64,000 nucleotides of DNA from contig CBFFRQ010000029.1 in the NCBI GenBank assembly GCA_965644315.1, positions 124,001 through 188,000 of the forward strand. Direction: 5' to 3'. Made by a program: the position numbers and the translations under genes. Source of the DNA: Caecitellus pseudoparvulus. Taxonomy: Eukaryota; Protista; Bigyra: Bicosoecida. Positions 1 to 13,600 of the stretch are shown in pieces. The stretch's first letter is position 1; every line of letters begins with the position of its first letter. Under the pieces are notes generated by a model. It made no database searches. It was not told where the DNA came from and saw only the letters and a program-made list of their open reading frames with translations.

Positions 1-917
1 ACCACACACACAGGTGGCGGGGTGCGTGGCTCGTGCTGGTGTCTGGCTGAGGTGCCTGTCACTTTCGCTGGGCCGCGTGGCATGCAGTGTACGTCCGGGG
101 AGCTGACATGCGAGACCTTTCATATGTCATTCGATCAGTGACCTTCTCGTTGCACCCTTCTTTCGTGGACCCAGTCAGGGGTGAGCCCGGGCACTGCAGC
201 AAGTCGCACTGTGCCCTCCTCAGTACCCGCATCCAACTTCCTCAGACATCACCTCCCCACCGTTTGAAATTGCGGAGTTCGGCTGGGGTGAATTTGAAGT
301 TGGCGTCAAGCTGTTCTTCCATGACGACTCCATCAAACCCGTCTCGTTCAAGCACATGCTCAAACTTTACGCCCCTGCCGGCGTGGAGCTGCCGAAGGGC
401 ACGGTGAGTGTGACCCAGCCCACCCTGCCATAGCGATGAGCAGTCCCTGCAAACCATGCACACACTCGCCCCCCCTCCCTGTCCAGCCTGTCGTCAGTGA
501 AGTGTTCGATGAAGTGGTCTTCAATGTCCCGAGCGCCCTGTCTGAGGAGGCCCTGACTCGCCTGCTAGCTGGCCCGACCAAGATCCTGCCTCGAGAGGGT
601 GATGATGCGTACTTTGCCGAACACAGCCCAGATGCTGACCTGGCCCAGCTGGCTGGAGCGCATGCATTTGTGCGCTCTGAAACAGAACGTGAGTTATGGC
701 CAGGGCCGCTGCCTGCGCACGAGACCGTCATGGCTGTCCTCGCTCATACTTCGAAGGTCTCCGGGAGCGCCTGGCTCGGGCTGAGGCCGACTCTGCGCAG
801 CTTGCCAAGGATGTGGTGGCACTGGGAGGGAACCCACTGGATGAAGCAAGACACCACGTGGATGCTGAGGCTGTGTCTGCGGCTGTGGCAGCAGCACATG
901 CAGGTTTGGTGGGGTGA
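1..917 (+). CDS. YEATS-domain protein (Yaf9/GAS41/YEATS4-like), 5'-partial, 4 visible introns
   Basis: The spliced frame reads HTHRWRVYVRG...SVTFSLHPSF..P.R..TSPPFEIAEFGWGEFEVGVKLFFHD...HMLKLY...PVVSEVFDEVVF, followed by a short coiled coil. GT-AG introns at 22-87, 181-245, 404-486 and 689-756 restore one frame ending at TGA 915-917. Confidence 0.9.
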
Positions 918-1230
918 AGGAGCCAGTATCCAGCCGCTCGTCCGGCACTCAAGGGCACCTGGCTGAGGCCGTCACTTGGCCCTTCGTGCCAATTCATTTT
1001 CACTGCGTCTCCACTTCGTCGATCACATCCATTGAGGCTTCTCTAAGTTTGCTTTCCGACGCGCCGCTACCCCCCGGGGCCACGGCTTGCGTTTCACCGT
1101 CAGCAGCGAAAACGCCCCGGTGCCCTGCGCCACCCTCTGCCCCTTCCACAGCCACCGACAAGGTGCCATTTGGGCCCTTATTTTTCCGGCCCGAAACAAC
1201 GTTCCAGGCAGCCCACACTGCTAGCTTACA

Positions 1231-4200
1231 ATGGTGAGTGTCGCACGGGGCTCCCGGGACTGGCTGGGCGGCTCTTGTACAACCCGCCAATCCTGGAGCG
1301 CTCCGCACACGCAACACCGAAACGACGACGCCCCCAACCGTGCAGGGAGTGCCCAAATTCTACCGCTGGCTCTCAGAGCGCTTCCCCCTCATCAACCAGA
1401 ACATTGAGGACGACTCCCTGTTGCTGGAGTTCGACAACTTGTACATGGACCTGAATGGTGTCATCCACAATGCCAGCCATGGCAATGAAGGCATCACTCG
1501 GCGAAAAGCTGACGACACCATCGCGCGGGCGTGTTGCGCGACCATCGACGGGATCGTCAAGAAGATGCGGCCAACTCAGCTCATCTACATGGCCGTGGAC
1601 GGCTGTGCCCCTCGCGCGAAGCAGAACCAGCAACGCAGCCGCCGCACCCGATCAGCAAAAGATGCACGCGAGGCTCGTCGGGAGGCAGAAGCTGCTGGCG
1701 AGACACATGAAGATGAGGATGTCTTTGACTCCAACTGCATTACACCGGGCACGCCCTTCATGGACATGATCAACAAGGCCATGAAGCAGTTCGTCATCAA
1801 GCAGCTCAAGGAAGACCCCGCCTGGCAGGGCCGCAAGGTGATTTTCTCTGGCTCCAACGTGCCGGGAGAAGGCGAGCACAAGATCGTAGAGTTTATTCGA
1901 GGCTTGCAGTCGCAGGGCGCAGCGGCGAACCCAAACCTCCGACACTGCATGGTGGGCCTGGACGCTGACCTGATCATGCTGTCCCTGGCCATGCACCAGC
2001 CGCACTTTTCCCTGCTGCGTGAACACATCGACTTCACCTCCTTCCGTACAAACAAGAACGGAACCAAGACCAAGACCCGTCAGACCAGCGACGTCCAGTG
2101 GCAGCTCTTGCATATCGGGCTCCTGCGGGAGTACCTTGAGATTGACATGAAGCCAGACCCCGCGGCACTTGCCGGCGCCTCATTCACATACGATGGCGAA
2201 CGCGTCATCGACGACTTTGTCTTGCTCACTGTCTTGTGCGGCAATGACTTTGTGCCCCACCTGCCCTCCTTGGATATTGGCGAGGGGGCCATGGACGTGC
2301 TCATGCAGGTGTACAAGGAGCAGCTGCCTGCCATGGGCGGCTACCTCGTCGACAAGGGCACCATCAACTTCGACCGCCTGCAAGTGATGCTGGACATCGT
2401 CTCTGCGATGGAGCCTGAAGTCTTCAAGCAGCGAGCCAAGGATGCTGAGCGGTTTGCCGAGCGCCAGGCGCGCGACGGTGCCCGGGACGCCAAGTTCCGC
2501 AAACAGTGGTCCCTGACAGCACACGAGCCTGAGGACCTCGCCGAGCTGGCGGAATTGGCAGTGTCGCTCGACCCCGGGGACGGCACTGGGTCAGAGGCCT
2601 CCTCGGCTGTGGCATCAGCCTCCAGCACTGGCGGAGGTGCCGCCGGCGGCGATGCAGACTCGGACGGTGGCAGCTGGCACGGAGCTGTTGAGGAAGACAC
2701 TGGCGTTGACCCCGCTGTGCGTGCGCTCATGCCCCTCACGCCAGGGGTGTCTGCTTCCATTGCCGCCAAGGCGGCCGCGCTGGCTGCTTCGACACCTGAA
2801 TCGGACATCAAGACGCGCTACTACTACAGCAAGATGGGCATCGGGCCTGGCATTCCTGGCTCCGAGGCGGTGAAAGCCAGCATGGTCAAGGCTTTCGCTG
2901 AGGCGCTGCAGTGGGTCATGCTGTACTACTACCAGGGCGTGCCTTCATGGGGTTGGTTTTACCCGTTCCACTACGCCCCCATGACCTCAGACCTCGTGGG
3001 GCTGTCGGCGCTGGAGATCAATTTTGAGCTTGGCCAGCCGTTCAGGCCTTTCTTGCAGCTCCTCGCGACTCTCCCAGCTGACTCTGCGCAGTTCTTGCCC
3101 CGCCCTTTTCAGTGGCTGATGACCTCCCCGGACTCCCCCATCGCCGACTTCTACCCTGATGTGGACGACGTGCGACTGGACGCGAACGGGAAACGCAGCC
3201 CCTGGGAGGCTGTTACTCTCGTGCCCTTCATTGATGAGGCACGCTTGCTCGAGGCCGTAGAAGCGCACGCCCCCGACTCGTCCTTGTCAGCGTCCGAGCA
3301 GGCACGAAACCGCTCTGGTGACGTGCTCCTGCTCCAGTTCGACCCCTCCGTCAGCACAACTGCTGTCTCCGAGTCAACTGCCTTCCCTGACATCCCTCGA
3401 TGCAACGTGTCTATCCAGGAGCCGTATGTCCAGCCGGCTCTCCCGCCTGGCGTGCGCTTCAACCCGCTGCCCCCGGCTGGGTGCATCATTCCTGCCCCAG
3501 GCTATCCCACCTTGCACGCGCTGCCTTTGTCGGCGGCCTTCAAGAAGGTGAAGCTGAATATCTTCGGCTTCGGCAGTCGCAAGCACAGTACTATCCTGAC
3601 TCCGCACGGTGCTGCCGAGCCTGGCACGGCAGGGACTCACGTGCCTGTGTTTTCAACCGCCTACGCCCCTGGCACAAGTGTACAGGCCACTTCTTCGCTC
3701 ATGCCACCAGTGCCCGAGGAGGGATTCCCTCGTGATCTTTACATTGACCTGCAGCACATGGAGCTGCGGGAGGCTGCAGACGCGCTCTTGGGTCGGTGTG
3801 TGTACGTCGAGTACCCCCACTTGCGAGCTGCGCAAGTGGTGGCCGTGTCCAGCAAGGATGCCGAGGCCACATGGTACCCCTCTGGCTCCCCGCACGTTGT
3901 TGCTGCCGCACGGCACGGGGAGTCAAAGGAGGCGGCTGGAGGCACTCAGGTGATCTCTGCCTACTCCAGCCAGCAGTCCGTAAAGTGGATGCAGGATGTG
4001 CAGCAGATGTTGCAGGTGCTTGAAGCTGGAGGGCGAGGCCTGGCGCAGTGCGGTCTCTGCTTGGAGCCCCCGAAACTCGTCCTGCGCGTGCGCAAACTCG
4101 TCGGCATGTGCCGTGAGCCAAGGACAGGCGCACTCCACCGCGTGTTTGCACGGCCAGTCACTGGCAGACCGCCAGGCGACGCAGCCCTCATCGCAGGTTC

Positions 4201-6505
4201 GTCCCTGGGGGAGGTCCTGGTACCCGGCACTTGCGTGTTGCGGGACCACCCCCACCCAGACGCCCGCTGGGTGGAGCATGGCCCCTTGACGCTTGAGGAC
4301 CGTTTTCCTGTGGGGCGGGAGGTGGTCGTCGTGCGGGGCCCACATCGCGGTGTGCTGGGAAAGGTGGAGGGCCATGATGGCGACAAGCTCGTCATTCAAG
4401 CCCCCCCCAAGCACTCTGAAGCGCAGTTTGGCCGTGCCATCGCGCAGCAAGTCCAGGACCAGTACTTCAGCGCTGGGCAGATCGCTAAACTGCTGAAGAT
4501 CTCCCCTGCTGTGCTGGCCAAGGTCACTGGCAGCGTCATGGTGAAGCCTGGCATGTACGACCTGGGCTTGAACTTCAAGATTTGGGGTGGCTCCCAGTAC
4601 TTGCCTGGGTACGTCATGTCTGTCGGCAAGTCTGCGAAGGCTCAGGCTGCGTGGGCGTCGGGGGCAGCTCAGTCTGTGTCGGTGGCGCGCGGGAGGCCCA
4701 AGGACACGTCGGGGCCGTGGGTCTTCACAGAGCGCGCGGTGGCTGCCGTCGCTGCGTATCAGAAGAAGTTCCCCGCTATCTTTGAGTACATGGCAGCGCG
4801 CCCGAATGCCCCCTCGTACACCCCGAAGCAGATCGGTGGCATCCGCATGGTGGAAGCGGCGGTGAAATGGCTGCACCAGCTGGACTCCTACCCCAAGGCC
4901 CTTGTTGACCTGTCCACAATTGTCCTTTCCCCCATCGCCGTTGCAAGCATTGAGAAAGCGGCAGACACCCTCAATGCTGTGAGCCAGCGAAATGAGCAGA
5001 GCAAGCCAGAGGAGTTCGCCCCGCGGACAATTGGCACTGTGTACCCCAGCGACGTGTACGCTCGTGAGGAGAAGGGATTCGCTGTTGCCGGTGTCGGTGG
5101 TGGAGAGGGGGTGGCAGGGGCTGGCGCTGACGCCCGCCCTGGCAGCTCAGGCACGCCCCCAACTCTGGGAGACCGCGTGATGAACTTGGCCTTCCCTCAC
5201 GCGCCGATGGGCCTGCGGGGTGTCGTCATCGCCACACATGCCAGCAGTGGCTACGTGGAGGTGGTCTTCGACGAGGCCTTCCTCGGAGGAACCTCCCTCT
5301 CTGGCATCTGTTCACCTGGCCGGGGAGCACTGGTGCAGTGGAACGAGCTGCTCTGCCTGGACGCTCCAGCCTCGGCTACTGCCTCGTCTGCGCCGACGGC
5401 CGGTGCCGCCCGTGGCTGGGAAACTGCTGCCCCGCTCATCGACCAGCGGCGAGCTGCAGCCAAGGCGGCTGCGGAAGCTGGGCCAGTTCCACTTCCTGCA
5501 GGGAAGAAGGGCCGTAAAAGCAAGGGTAAAGTGCACGGCTCCCACCTCCCAGTGCAGGCAGCGCCAGAGCCGGCTGCTGTGCAGCCTGGGCCTGCGGCTG
5601 CCAAAGCCAAAAAGGGCAAGAAAGCCAAGCAGAAGAAAGCGGCTCCGGCAGGCAAGGAAGCCGGCCAAAGCACAGCTTCAGGCAAGGTGGGCACCGGAAG
5701 CGATCGGCCAGCGGGCAAGCAGCCCCCCCCAGCAGCTGTGAAGCCCGCACCCGTTGCAAGCAGCAAGGAGCTTGTGGCAAGGCTCACGGGCAGCCACGCG
5801 GGTCAGAGTAGCTCGCCGCCTGCAGCTGCCGCGCAAGCAGAAGGCGCAGTATCGCGCAGTGACATAGCAAAGGTCTGTGCCATGGTTGCAGCCATCTTGT
5901 CCCCGAGTGGCCTGGCACAGCCCGTGAACGCGCAGGTCAAGCGACTTGTGGAGCACGGTGCGGGCTGGGTGCCACTTGCCGGCCTCCTGAGGCACCCAAT
6001 GGTTGCGTCGCTGAAGGTGGCGGGTGCTGTGAAGCACGTGCACGTTTTTGCAGCGGCGCTGAAGGTGTTGGTCAAGGACAAGCTCGAAGTGCACCCGAAG
6101 ATGACTGCTGTTCGCCCGAGGCGTGCCGCCGCCCAGCCGCCGGTCGTTCCAGATCTAGGCGGCACGGAGCTGCCACCAGCTGCCCAGGGCCAGCCAGCGG
6201 CACCAGGTGCCAGCGCATTGAGCGGGCTCTTGGCATCTGCAGGCTCGCGTTCGCGCCGGGGAGGTGCTGAAAAGCGGGGCATGCACCAAACGCTGCACCA
6301 GGCGCTGCGCACAGTTGGGGGAGTCGAAGCAGATGGCGCGGTGGACCAGTATGCAGAGGGGCCGCCTGAGCCCAGCGGACCACGCCGTGATCGCCCTGCT
6401 AAGGGTTTCACTCGACAGCGCAAGGCTGCCGCTGCCGTGCCCGCTGCACGCCAGCGGCTCAAGCCCAGCGCTCTGCTCGCCGCCGCACGAGCACCCGCAC
6501 CGTGA
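1231..6505 (+). CDS. XRN1: 5'-3' exoribonuclease 1 (XRN1-type)
   Basis: An ATG-only first coding exon (1231-1233) and intron 1234-1345 give MGVPKFYRW. Motifs seen: [87 protein letters not shown]. The XRN1-specific C-terminal domains follow ([13 protein letters not shown]...GLRGVVI..VEVVFD). Confidence 0.95.
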
Positions 6506-6666
6506 GGCGCCCGAATGCACTCGCACTCCACGAGCAATACTTTGTGTCCTGTAAAACCTCCACTCAAGAACTCACCAGCCCTTGGCTGGACTTCCTTCTG
6601 AGGTGCCGACAGCAGTATCATTCGTTTGCGGGGCGTGCAAGACACGTGCGGAAGTTGCTGTTTGTC

Positions 6667-7540
6667 ATGGCGGGCGCTGATGACGGCTCCAAGCGCAGCA
6701 TCAAGGTTGTGGTAGTGGGGGACGGAGCAGTGGGTAAAACAAGTCTCCTTTACAGCTACACGCGGGATTCGTTCCCCCTTGACCATGTCCCGACCGTTTT
6801 CGACACTTACACTGCCGACGTAACCATAGACTCAGGCAAAGGGCCCCAGGTGATTGAGCTGAACCTTTGGGACACTGGTGCGTGGTCGTGGGGACGAGGC
6901 AGGGCCCTTCTGCTCGCCGGATCATGTCACTGCCGAGCGTTGCCTGCCGGTCGTGGCCCGCGCTGGGAGAGCTGATGCATGCAAACAACACCACCCCCAC
7001 CACGCCACACTGCCCACTACTCTTACTGCACAGCGGGCCAAGAAGAGCTCGACCACGCGCGCAAGTTCTCTTACCCGGATACAGATGCATTCCTCGTCTG
7101 TTTCTCTGTGGACAAGTGCGTAGCCAGCCGGTCCTTGAGCTGGGGCAGAGGGTCACCTGCGCACTGGCCTTCACACTCTCGCACTGCCTCACCACCACAG
7201 CCGCGCAAGCTTCGAGCATGTGAAGAGCAAGTGGTTCCCCGAAATCACCACGCAAGCCAACTCTGCAGTGTATGTGCTGGTGGGCACCAAGCTAGACTTG
7301 CGTGACGGCGTGCCCGAAGACATGAAGGTTGCGACAGTTCCTCCCCCCGCCTCGTCTGGCACTGACTTCGTCACCACGGAGGAGGGCCAGGCCCTCGCAG
7401 CACAAGTAGGCGCAGCGGTGTACATGGAGTGCAGTGCCCTCACTCAGCAAGCCCTGAAAGACGTCTTTGACACAACTATCAAGAATGTTCTCTCTCCCAA
7501 GACGGCTGGGGGTGCTGGTGGCTGCTGCACCGTGCAGTAA
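6667..7540 (+). CDS. Rho-family small GTPase, Rac-like
   Basis: [47 protein letters not shown] and a C-terminal CCTVQ prenylation motif. Introns at 6878-7033 and 7116-7200. Confidence 0.95.
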
Positions 7541-7551
7541 GCCATGTCTCC

Positions 7552-7559
7552 TGAATTCA
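7552..7559. terminator. Palindromic TGAATTCA: candidate shared 3'-end signal (AATTCA on both strands) of the Rac and DOCK genes
   Basis: Perfect 8-bp palindrome in the 78-nt gap between convergent stops. It matches the AAT[G/T]CA motif found after most stop codons in the window. Function is inferred. Confidence 0.55.
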
Positions 7560-7618
7560 ATGTCAACATGCTTGCTTGAAGCCTGTCGAGTACATACCGC
7601 ACTTGTCTACTGCACAGC

Positions 7619-10600
7619 TCACCGCCTGGAGGCGGCGGCTTGGGCCCCGATGACTTGGGACTCCTGGCTCATTTGCCTTGCCTGAGTGCCCTCGAAGCGC
7701 GCCTCCTCTAACGGAACGCCGAGGCCCTCTAGGCGATCACACAGCCCAGCCAGCTTCTCGCACAGGTAATCATGCAGGGGCAGCATGCTGGCGCTGCACT
7801 TCGTTGCGTGCAAGACGAGGCCTTTCCCGCACACGGTCAGCTGCTCCGAGAGCGCGTGTCGCAGCGCGGCAAGCGCAGGCGCGTCTGCATCTGATCGGGC
7901 ATCTTCACCCACCAGTTCGTGCATGTCACTTGACTGTTTGCGCTCTGGGGCACCTTCTGAGTCGCTGTCACCGGCGACGGTGTGGATGCTGTGCGTGCTG
8001 ACCACGCTGGAGCGCCAGTTGCCAATGATGCGACCATACCGTACCTTGAGTTCCTCTAGGATTTCCGGGTACGTCTCTACATAGCTGCCAGTGAGCAGGG
8101 TCTCATAGTTGGCAATGCCCCCTTGCACAGCCGCATCCAGCACTCCCTTCAACTGGCCTGTGAGGAAGTTTACGTCGGTGCCGGCAGGGGCGGCTGCCGC
8201 ACGTTGAATGGCGAAGCGCATGTCCGCCGTCTTCTCTCGCAGCACGAGAATAGCGCTGTCAAACGGAGTCATGAGCACAGTGTGGGCATGTGTCACTTGG
8301 CTGCGGCGATGCAGGTTGGGAAAGGCAGAGCTTGTCACCAGCCACGTGTACCGCACCCAGATGTCCAGCGACTCATTGCCAGTTTTGCGTACTTTGACAG
8401 GCCGCTTGCTCAAGAATACGCGCACTCGTGAGTACTCCCGCCCCTGCAGCAGAGGTCGTGGCACGTCGTCGTACTTTGACGCCTGGGCCCTGGCAGCACT
8501 CTGCACCGCTGCAAGCACTGGTCCCCACAGGGACTCCCACCGCTGGCCACCATCGGCGTCGACGGGTCGGCTGCTGCCCTGCGCATCCTGCCGCGTGGGC
8601 ACAAAAGACATGCTGGGAACGGTGACGCTAGGAAGCAGAGCGGGCGGCAAGAGCTTGAAGCCCGGGGGGAGCGCACCTTCTGAGCCATGCTCCTCCAGAC
8701 CACTCTGTACTAGTTGCAGCACACCCTCACCCATGTCCAAGCTGTCCAACCTGCTCAAACTGACCGCGCTGTGCCTTGTACCGGAGCTGACATCAGAAAC
8801 CGTTCGCTCAGCGGCTGCAGCTGCGGGCATTTGGCTGGAGCCTTCTCGAACAGAGGACAGCCCACCCCCAGAGCTAGCACCGCGAGTGGAGCGCACCATG
8901 GATGAGCGTTTGGTTGGTAGCGTTGAGGGGCTAAGCACTGATGCCCGTCGAGTAGCGCTCACAGGCTTCGCAGCACTGGGCAGAGTGGTGGGCATGCGAG
9001 TATCGCTCGCCCCGGCACAGAGCACTGAGGCGACTGCGCTGTCCAGGTCAATGTCTTGAACCAAGGCTGCTGAAGTCAACGCATGAAGCGAAAAAGCGCC
9101 AGTCTTCAGCGATGGAAGAGAGCGCAGCACGGCCAGGGTGCGGGGGTGCGCAAAGGCCTCTGCAGGAGGAGGTGGGGCAAGAAGTTGTCGGGGCGTCTGG
9201 ATGAAGGCTGGCTGGTGCGGAATCTGCGGCGGCAAAGTGTACGACTTCCATGCAACGTGAGAGGGTGGCACCATGGCCCCCGACACTCCAATCTTGCGCG
9301 CCGTCTTGCACAGAGACGCAAAGGAGGCGAATGCATGGTCAGCCTCCCCTGTCGGCCCAACACTCGCCAGCAGCCCACTTGCCCGGAGTTCAGAGGGCGG
9401 CCCGTCATGCCACTCAGGGGAGGGTTCAAGCGGGGGAACACCATAGGCAGCCAGGTGCTCCTCCACATACAAAACCGCGCCCTCAACAGCCTCTTGCTCA
9501 TGCAGGGGGGCTGGGTCCACCGCCATGACCGCAATCCTCAAGTCCCGGTGCCAAGGAAGCTCACTCACATCCAGGGCCTGCTGCGTTGTTGTTTGAACTG
9601 CAGAGATGTCATCTGCGACTCGTGCTGGTGCGCCGTCCAGGTGGCTTGCCTGCCGCAGCGGCTCAAAAGGCACCTTGATGAGGCTGGGGGCTCCAGGCGG
9701 GAGCTGCTCAGGATCCAACGCACCAGCTGCTTGGAGACTGTCTTCCGTCGCAGACATAACGGTGGCCCACTTCAGCCGAAGCTGGCGCTCAAACACTGAT
9801 ACAGCGACCGTGGAGTGTGCCCTGTACACGAATGTGCGCCCTCTCAGTGAGGGGGGGAAAGCAGCCCCTACGTACTGCACAGCATAGTGTGGGCACCGGG
9901 CACGAGCCTTGCTGCGACCAGTGGACTCCTTAGCGAGTTTTGTCACGATTGCTGACGATCTTGACAGTACGTCGGCCAAGCTGTTGTATGCCTGTCTGGT
10001 GCCGACAGCAAAATACCGGCAAGAAAGCAGGCGGGCCAGAACCAGCGCTTCCTCCCAGTCTTGGCTCCCATCAGCCAGCGCTTCAAAAGCATCGTGCAGA
10101 ATGTTGGTCACGCTGTTTCCAGCTTCCGATGTTGGTGGTGGCATGCCGCCCTCCCGTGCTGCCACCAGGTCAAGGAACAGGAGCTGGGTGAAGGCCGCCT
10201 CAGCGTGGTTCCCAACTTCTGCGTGCAGCTTGGAGAGATACTTGACATACGTCACGAACAGGTCCGTGCGGTGAGTATTGCGCAAGTACTGAATGAGCGT
10301 CAGCGCCGCCTCAGTGCGCTCCTCTTCGAAGAGGGCGGGCGGGGAGCGGGGGTATCGGTTCACAGCGCGCAGCATCCTGAAAAGTGTGCGGCACTCTGCC
10401 AAGAACTGGGCCACTTCGGGGCGCGCTAGCAATCGAAGGTGCTGGGGGTCCATGCCATGCTGATACTGGGACCCAGACGCAGAAAACAGCTGCAGGAGCA
10501 TGTTCCCTGCTTGGCCCTGCCCTTTGTCTGAGTGAATGAGGCCCACGCCAAGCACAGGGAAGGTGCCCCCCCCCACACATGCTGAGGGTGGCAGCAACAG

Positions 10601-13600
10601 CGCCCCTCCCCGTGCCACGATGGCGTCAACGGCATCAATCGTCCATCGCTCACTGATGGGGAGGGTGGTGCTGGTATCAGCTTGGGTAGACAAAGCCACC
10701 GCAAATGAGCGCCGCTGCATGCGGCGTGGGCTGCTCTTGCCAGAGGATGCTACAACCTTGACTTCAGCCCGAATGATGTCAAAAAAGACGCTCCTGGCCC
10801 ATGACGCCATAGGTTTGTGACAGGCGTGCGCCAGTTCAAGGGCTGTTGGCACAAGGAGGGGCGCCGCCGCAAGTCGCAGGCGGTGCGGCAGGTAAGAGCC
10901 ATTCCCATCTGGGCTTTGGGCGAGCACCCGTGGGCTGGCAGTGGACGGAAGGAATGCCTCCGGTGCAGGTACACATGCATCGCCCCACAGCGTCGAAAAC
11001 GAGCCCATCACGGCTTCGCGAAAGTCTGGCATGCCCATGCTGGCGAGGGTTTTGACCACGGCACGTCGCCTCACGAGCGGAAGGTTTTCGACAGTTGCCA
11101 GCGGTGAAGTCAACAATGCAATGTGCGTGCGCAACAGAGGGCGTAACAGGAAACCAGCAGCCACGTCCAGCAAGAAACATGCCGCAGGTCCCTGCTTGCC
11201 AACATGACTGTGCAGGTACAGTGAAGCGCTGGCAATGGACGCCCAGTGCAAGCCTCGCAAACAAGCCACATGAGTCGTGCATGCTGCATGCACCCATGAG
11301 GCCGGATGAGGCGGGCGGGCCAGCAGCACCTCAATTGCTCCGGCAAGCCTGCGCAGCACAGCAAGCCGCCCGGCTTCGAGCAGTCCAGCTGTCATGAAGG
11401 GGTCCAGAGGACATGAACCCTCTATGGCTGCCTGCCCTTCCTCCTCTTTGCCAAGACCGGGGCCTCTCTGGCCAGTTGCGCGCTCAGCTGCACATGCACC
11501 CTGTCCTACGAGGCCTGATGCGTGCTGGCTTACCGCACGGCACAGAGCAGGGAAGCTGCCTGAAGGCATGAGCAGGAGGAGGGAAGCCAAGGTGTCTGCT
11601 AGCCACTGGTACAGCGTGGTCTTGCAAGGCTGCACACCAAGCGCTTCTCCTGCCCCTGGAAGCACACGTTTCACGGGCTCGTCAGGTGGGGAAGGTGCAC
11701 CCTCTGCGACACTCTCAGTTTCGGACTTATCCTCTGCGTGAGACGCCTCACTCATGGTGGAAAGAACGCCCATGCTGCGAGTTGTGAAGGTGGACCAAGA
11801 CCTGCGGCTGCCCGGCACATCCTCTGGGTCCTGGGGTATCGCTTCGCTGAACGACACAGTTGCCCCTTTGGATGGTGCTGGCCCTGGTTCCGCGGCAACT
11901 TGCCCGTCACCTCGTGCAGCTTGGAGCGGGGGTTCACTCCCCTCAGAAACCGCCGGAAGCAGCTTTGCAAGTGCACCCGCGGCAAGGAGCGGCTCATCTC
12001 CCAGCTCCTTTCCGGCCCCCACAACGTTCACAAGCCCGCCAGCAAGCAGGCTCAGCTGCGCAACGTGGCCGATGCAGGCCTGGAGCAAGACAAAGCAATG
12101 CAGCAGCGGAGTCTCAACTTTCTCATGCTCTGCACTCGGAGTGCGCTGGGCAGGGTCACCCCCAAGAAAGGCAAAGCGAGCCCTTGCAGCTCTCGGGACA
12201 CGCACAGTGTCTACGTCTTCAAGTGTGGGGGGTCGGCTTGGAAGCACAAGAGCACCTGCAACCACCTTGCCAATCACAGCCGCGGACCCTTGCGGCCCAA
12301 CTGGACATGCTGCCAAGTTAACATACTGCGCTGGGGCAGCAGGAGCCAGCAGGCGTGCATGAGGCGGAGACTGCAGGCTGCCAGGGGAGTTGTGGTGTGG
12401 TGCACTGGCATCAGAAGGCGGCAAGCCACCGCCCCCCTCACCTCCCACAGCCCCAACCTCAACGATTGCACGGCTCAACTCGGGAAGCGATGTGAAGACG
12501 GCCCATGCCGCGGCTGCCAGCGGCCCAGCGGAAGGGCCGCGGGCTGGAAGAAGTGGAGGTGTGGGGGCTGGTGACTCAGCTGGGGCAGATGCCACAGCCG
12601 CAGCATGGAGCTGTGCAACCATGCGGTGCAAAATGGCTGCAGCTAGAGTTCGCTCTGCTTCGTTAGAGTTCAAATGCACCTTAGAAGTGTGCGCGGCGGC
12701 GTTCCACAGCGCTGTGCCGGCCTCCATCCCCTCACAGCCACACCTAGCCGGTCGCGGAGCAAGCTCAGGAATGCAGAGCACTTGCTGGATGCAGCTGAGC
12801 TTGGCAATGGCCAATGCAGTGGAGGCTGGTACCCAGCCACGGTACTTATACGCCAGCGGCACACTGCGCCATCGGATTGATGCACCTGCGAGGCGTTGCT
12901 TCGAAGCCGTCCCTCCACCGAGCGTCTCCAGAGGTGGGTGTGCCGAGCCCGCCAAGCCGGACAACGCAGGCACCAGGGCTCGAGGCTGAATGGCTCGCAG
13001 CAGCTTCGCACACCAGGCCTGCAACGTGCTGCAGGAAGTGACACCCAGCATGACTGTGCACAGGGGGGCGACTGCTCGCAGCGCTGCAGTTTGCAGCACT
13101 GCATGCCATGCAAGGGTCTGCACGCTCGGTGCCTTGTCACCCAGCGGCGCGACGACAGGCAGCCTGCACACACGAAGCAATGCTTGTCGTATGGCCAGCA
13201 TAGCGGCAGAGGCTGAGGCAGCTCCGCCACCAGCTGCCAGTTGAGTGTGCACGAGCAGGCGTGCGACATCTGGCAGGCAGGCCAATACGAGGACAAAAAT
13301 GGACCGACACGCAGAATCCACCTGCTGGCCCTCCAACATGGCCTCTAGCAACGCTTGCGTCCATCGCGACAGAGGCTCGGCCAGCCGCGCTGGAAACGCC
13401 CCCCTGCCCATGCAATGTCTCAATGCAAGCCTAGCAACTTGCCGTACACTCGGGGTTGCGTAAATGTGCGCCCCCGCCAAATGCATGGGAACTCGTGTTG
13501 GCGAAGGGTCCTTGCTTTCGCCAGAAGCCGAGGCACTTCCGCCAGACGTGGACCGGGCGCGTTTTCCTCGCCGGCCATCTCCAGGGAGAACGCCGCTTCG

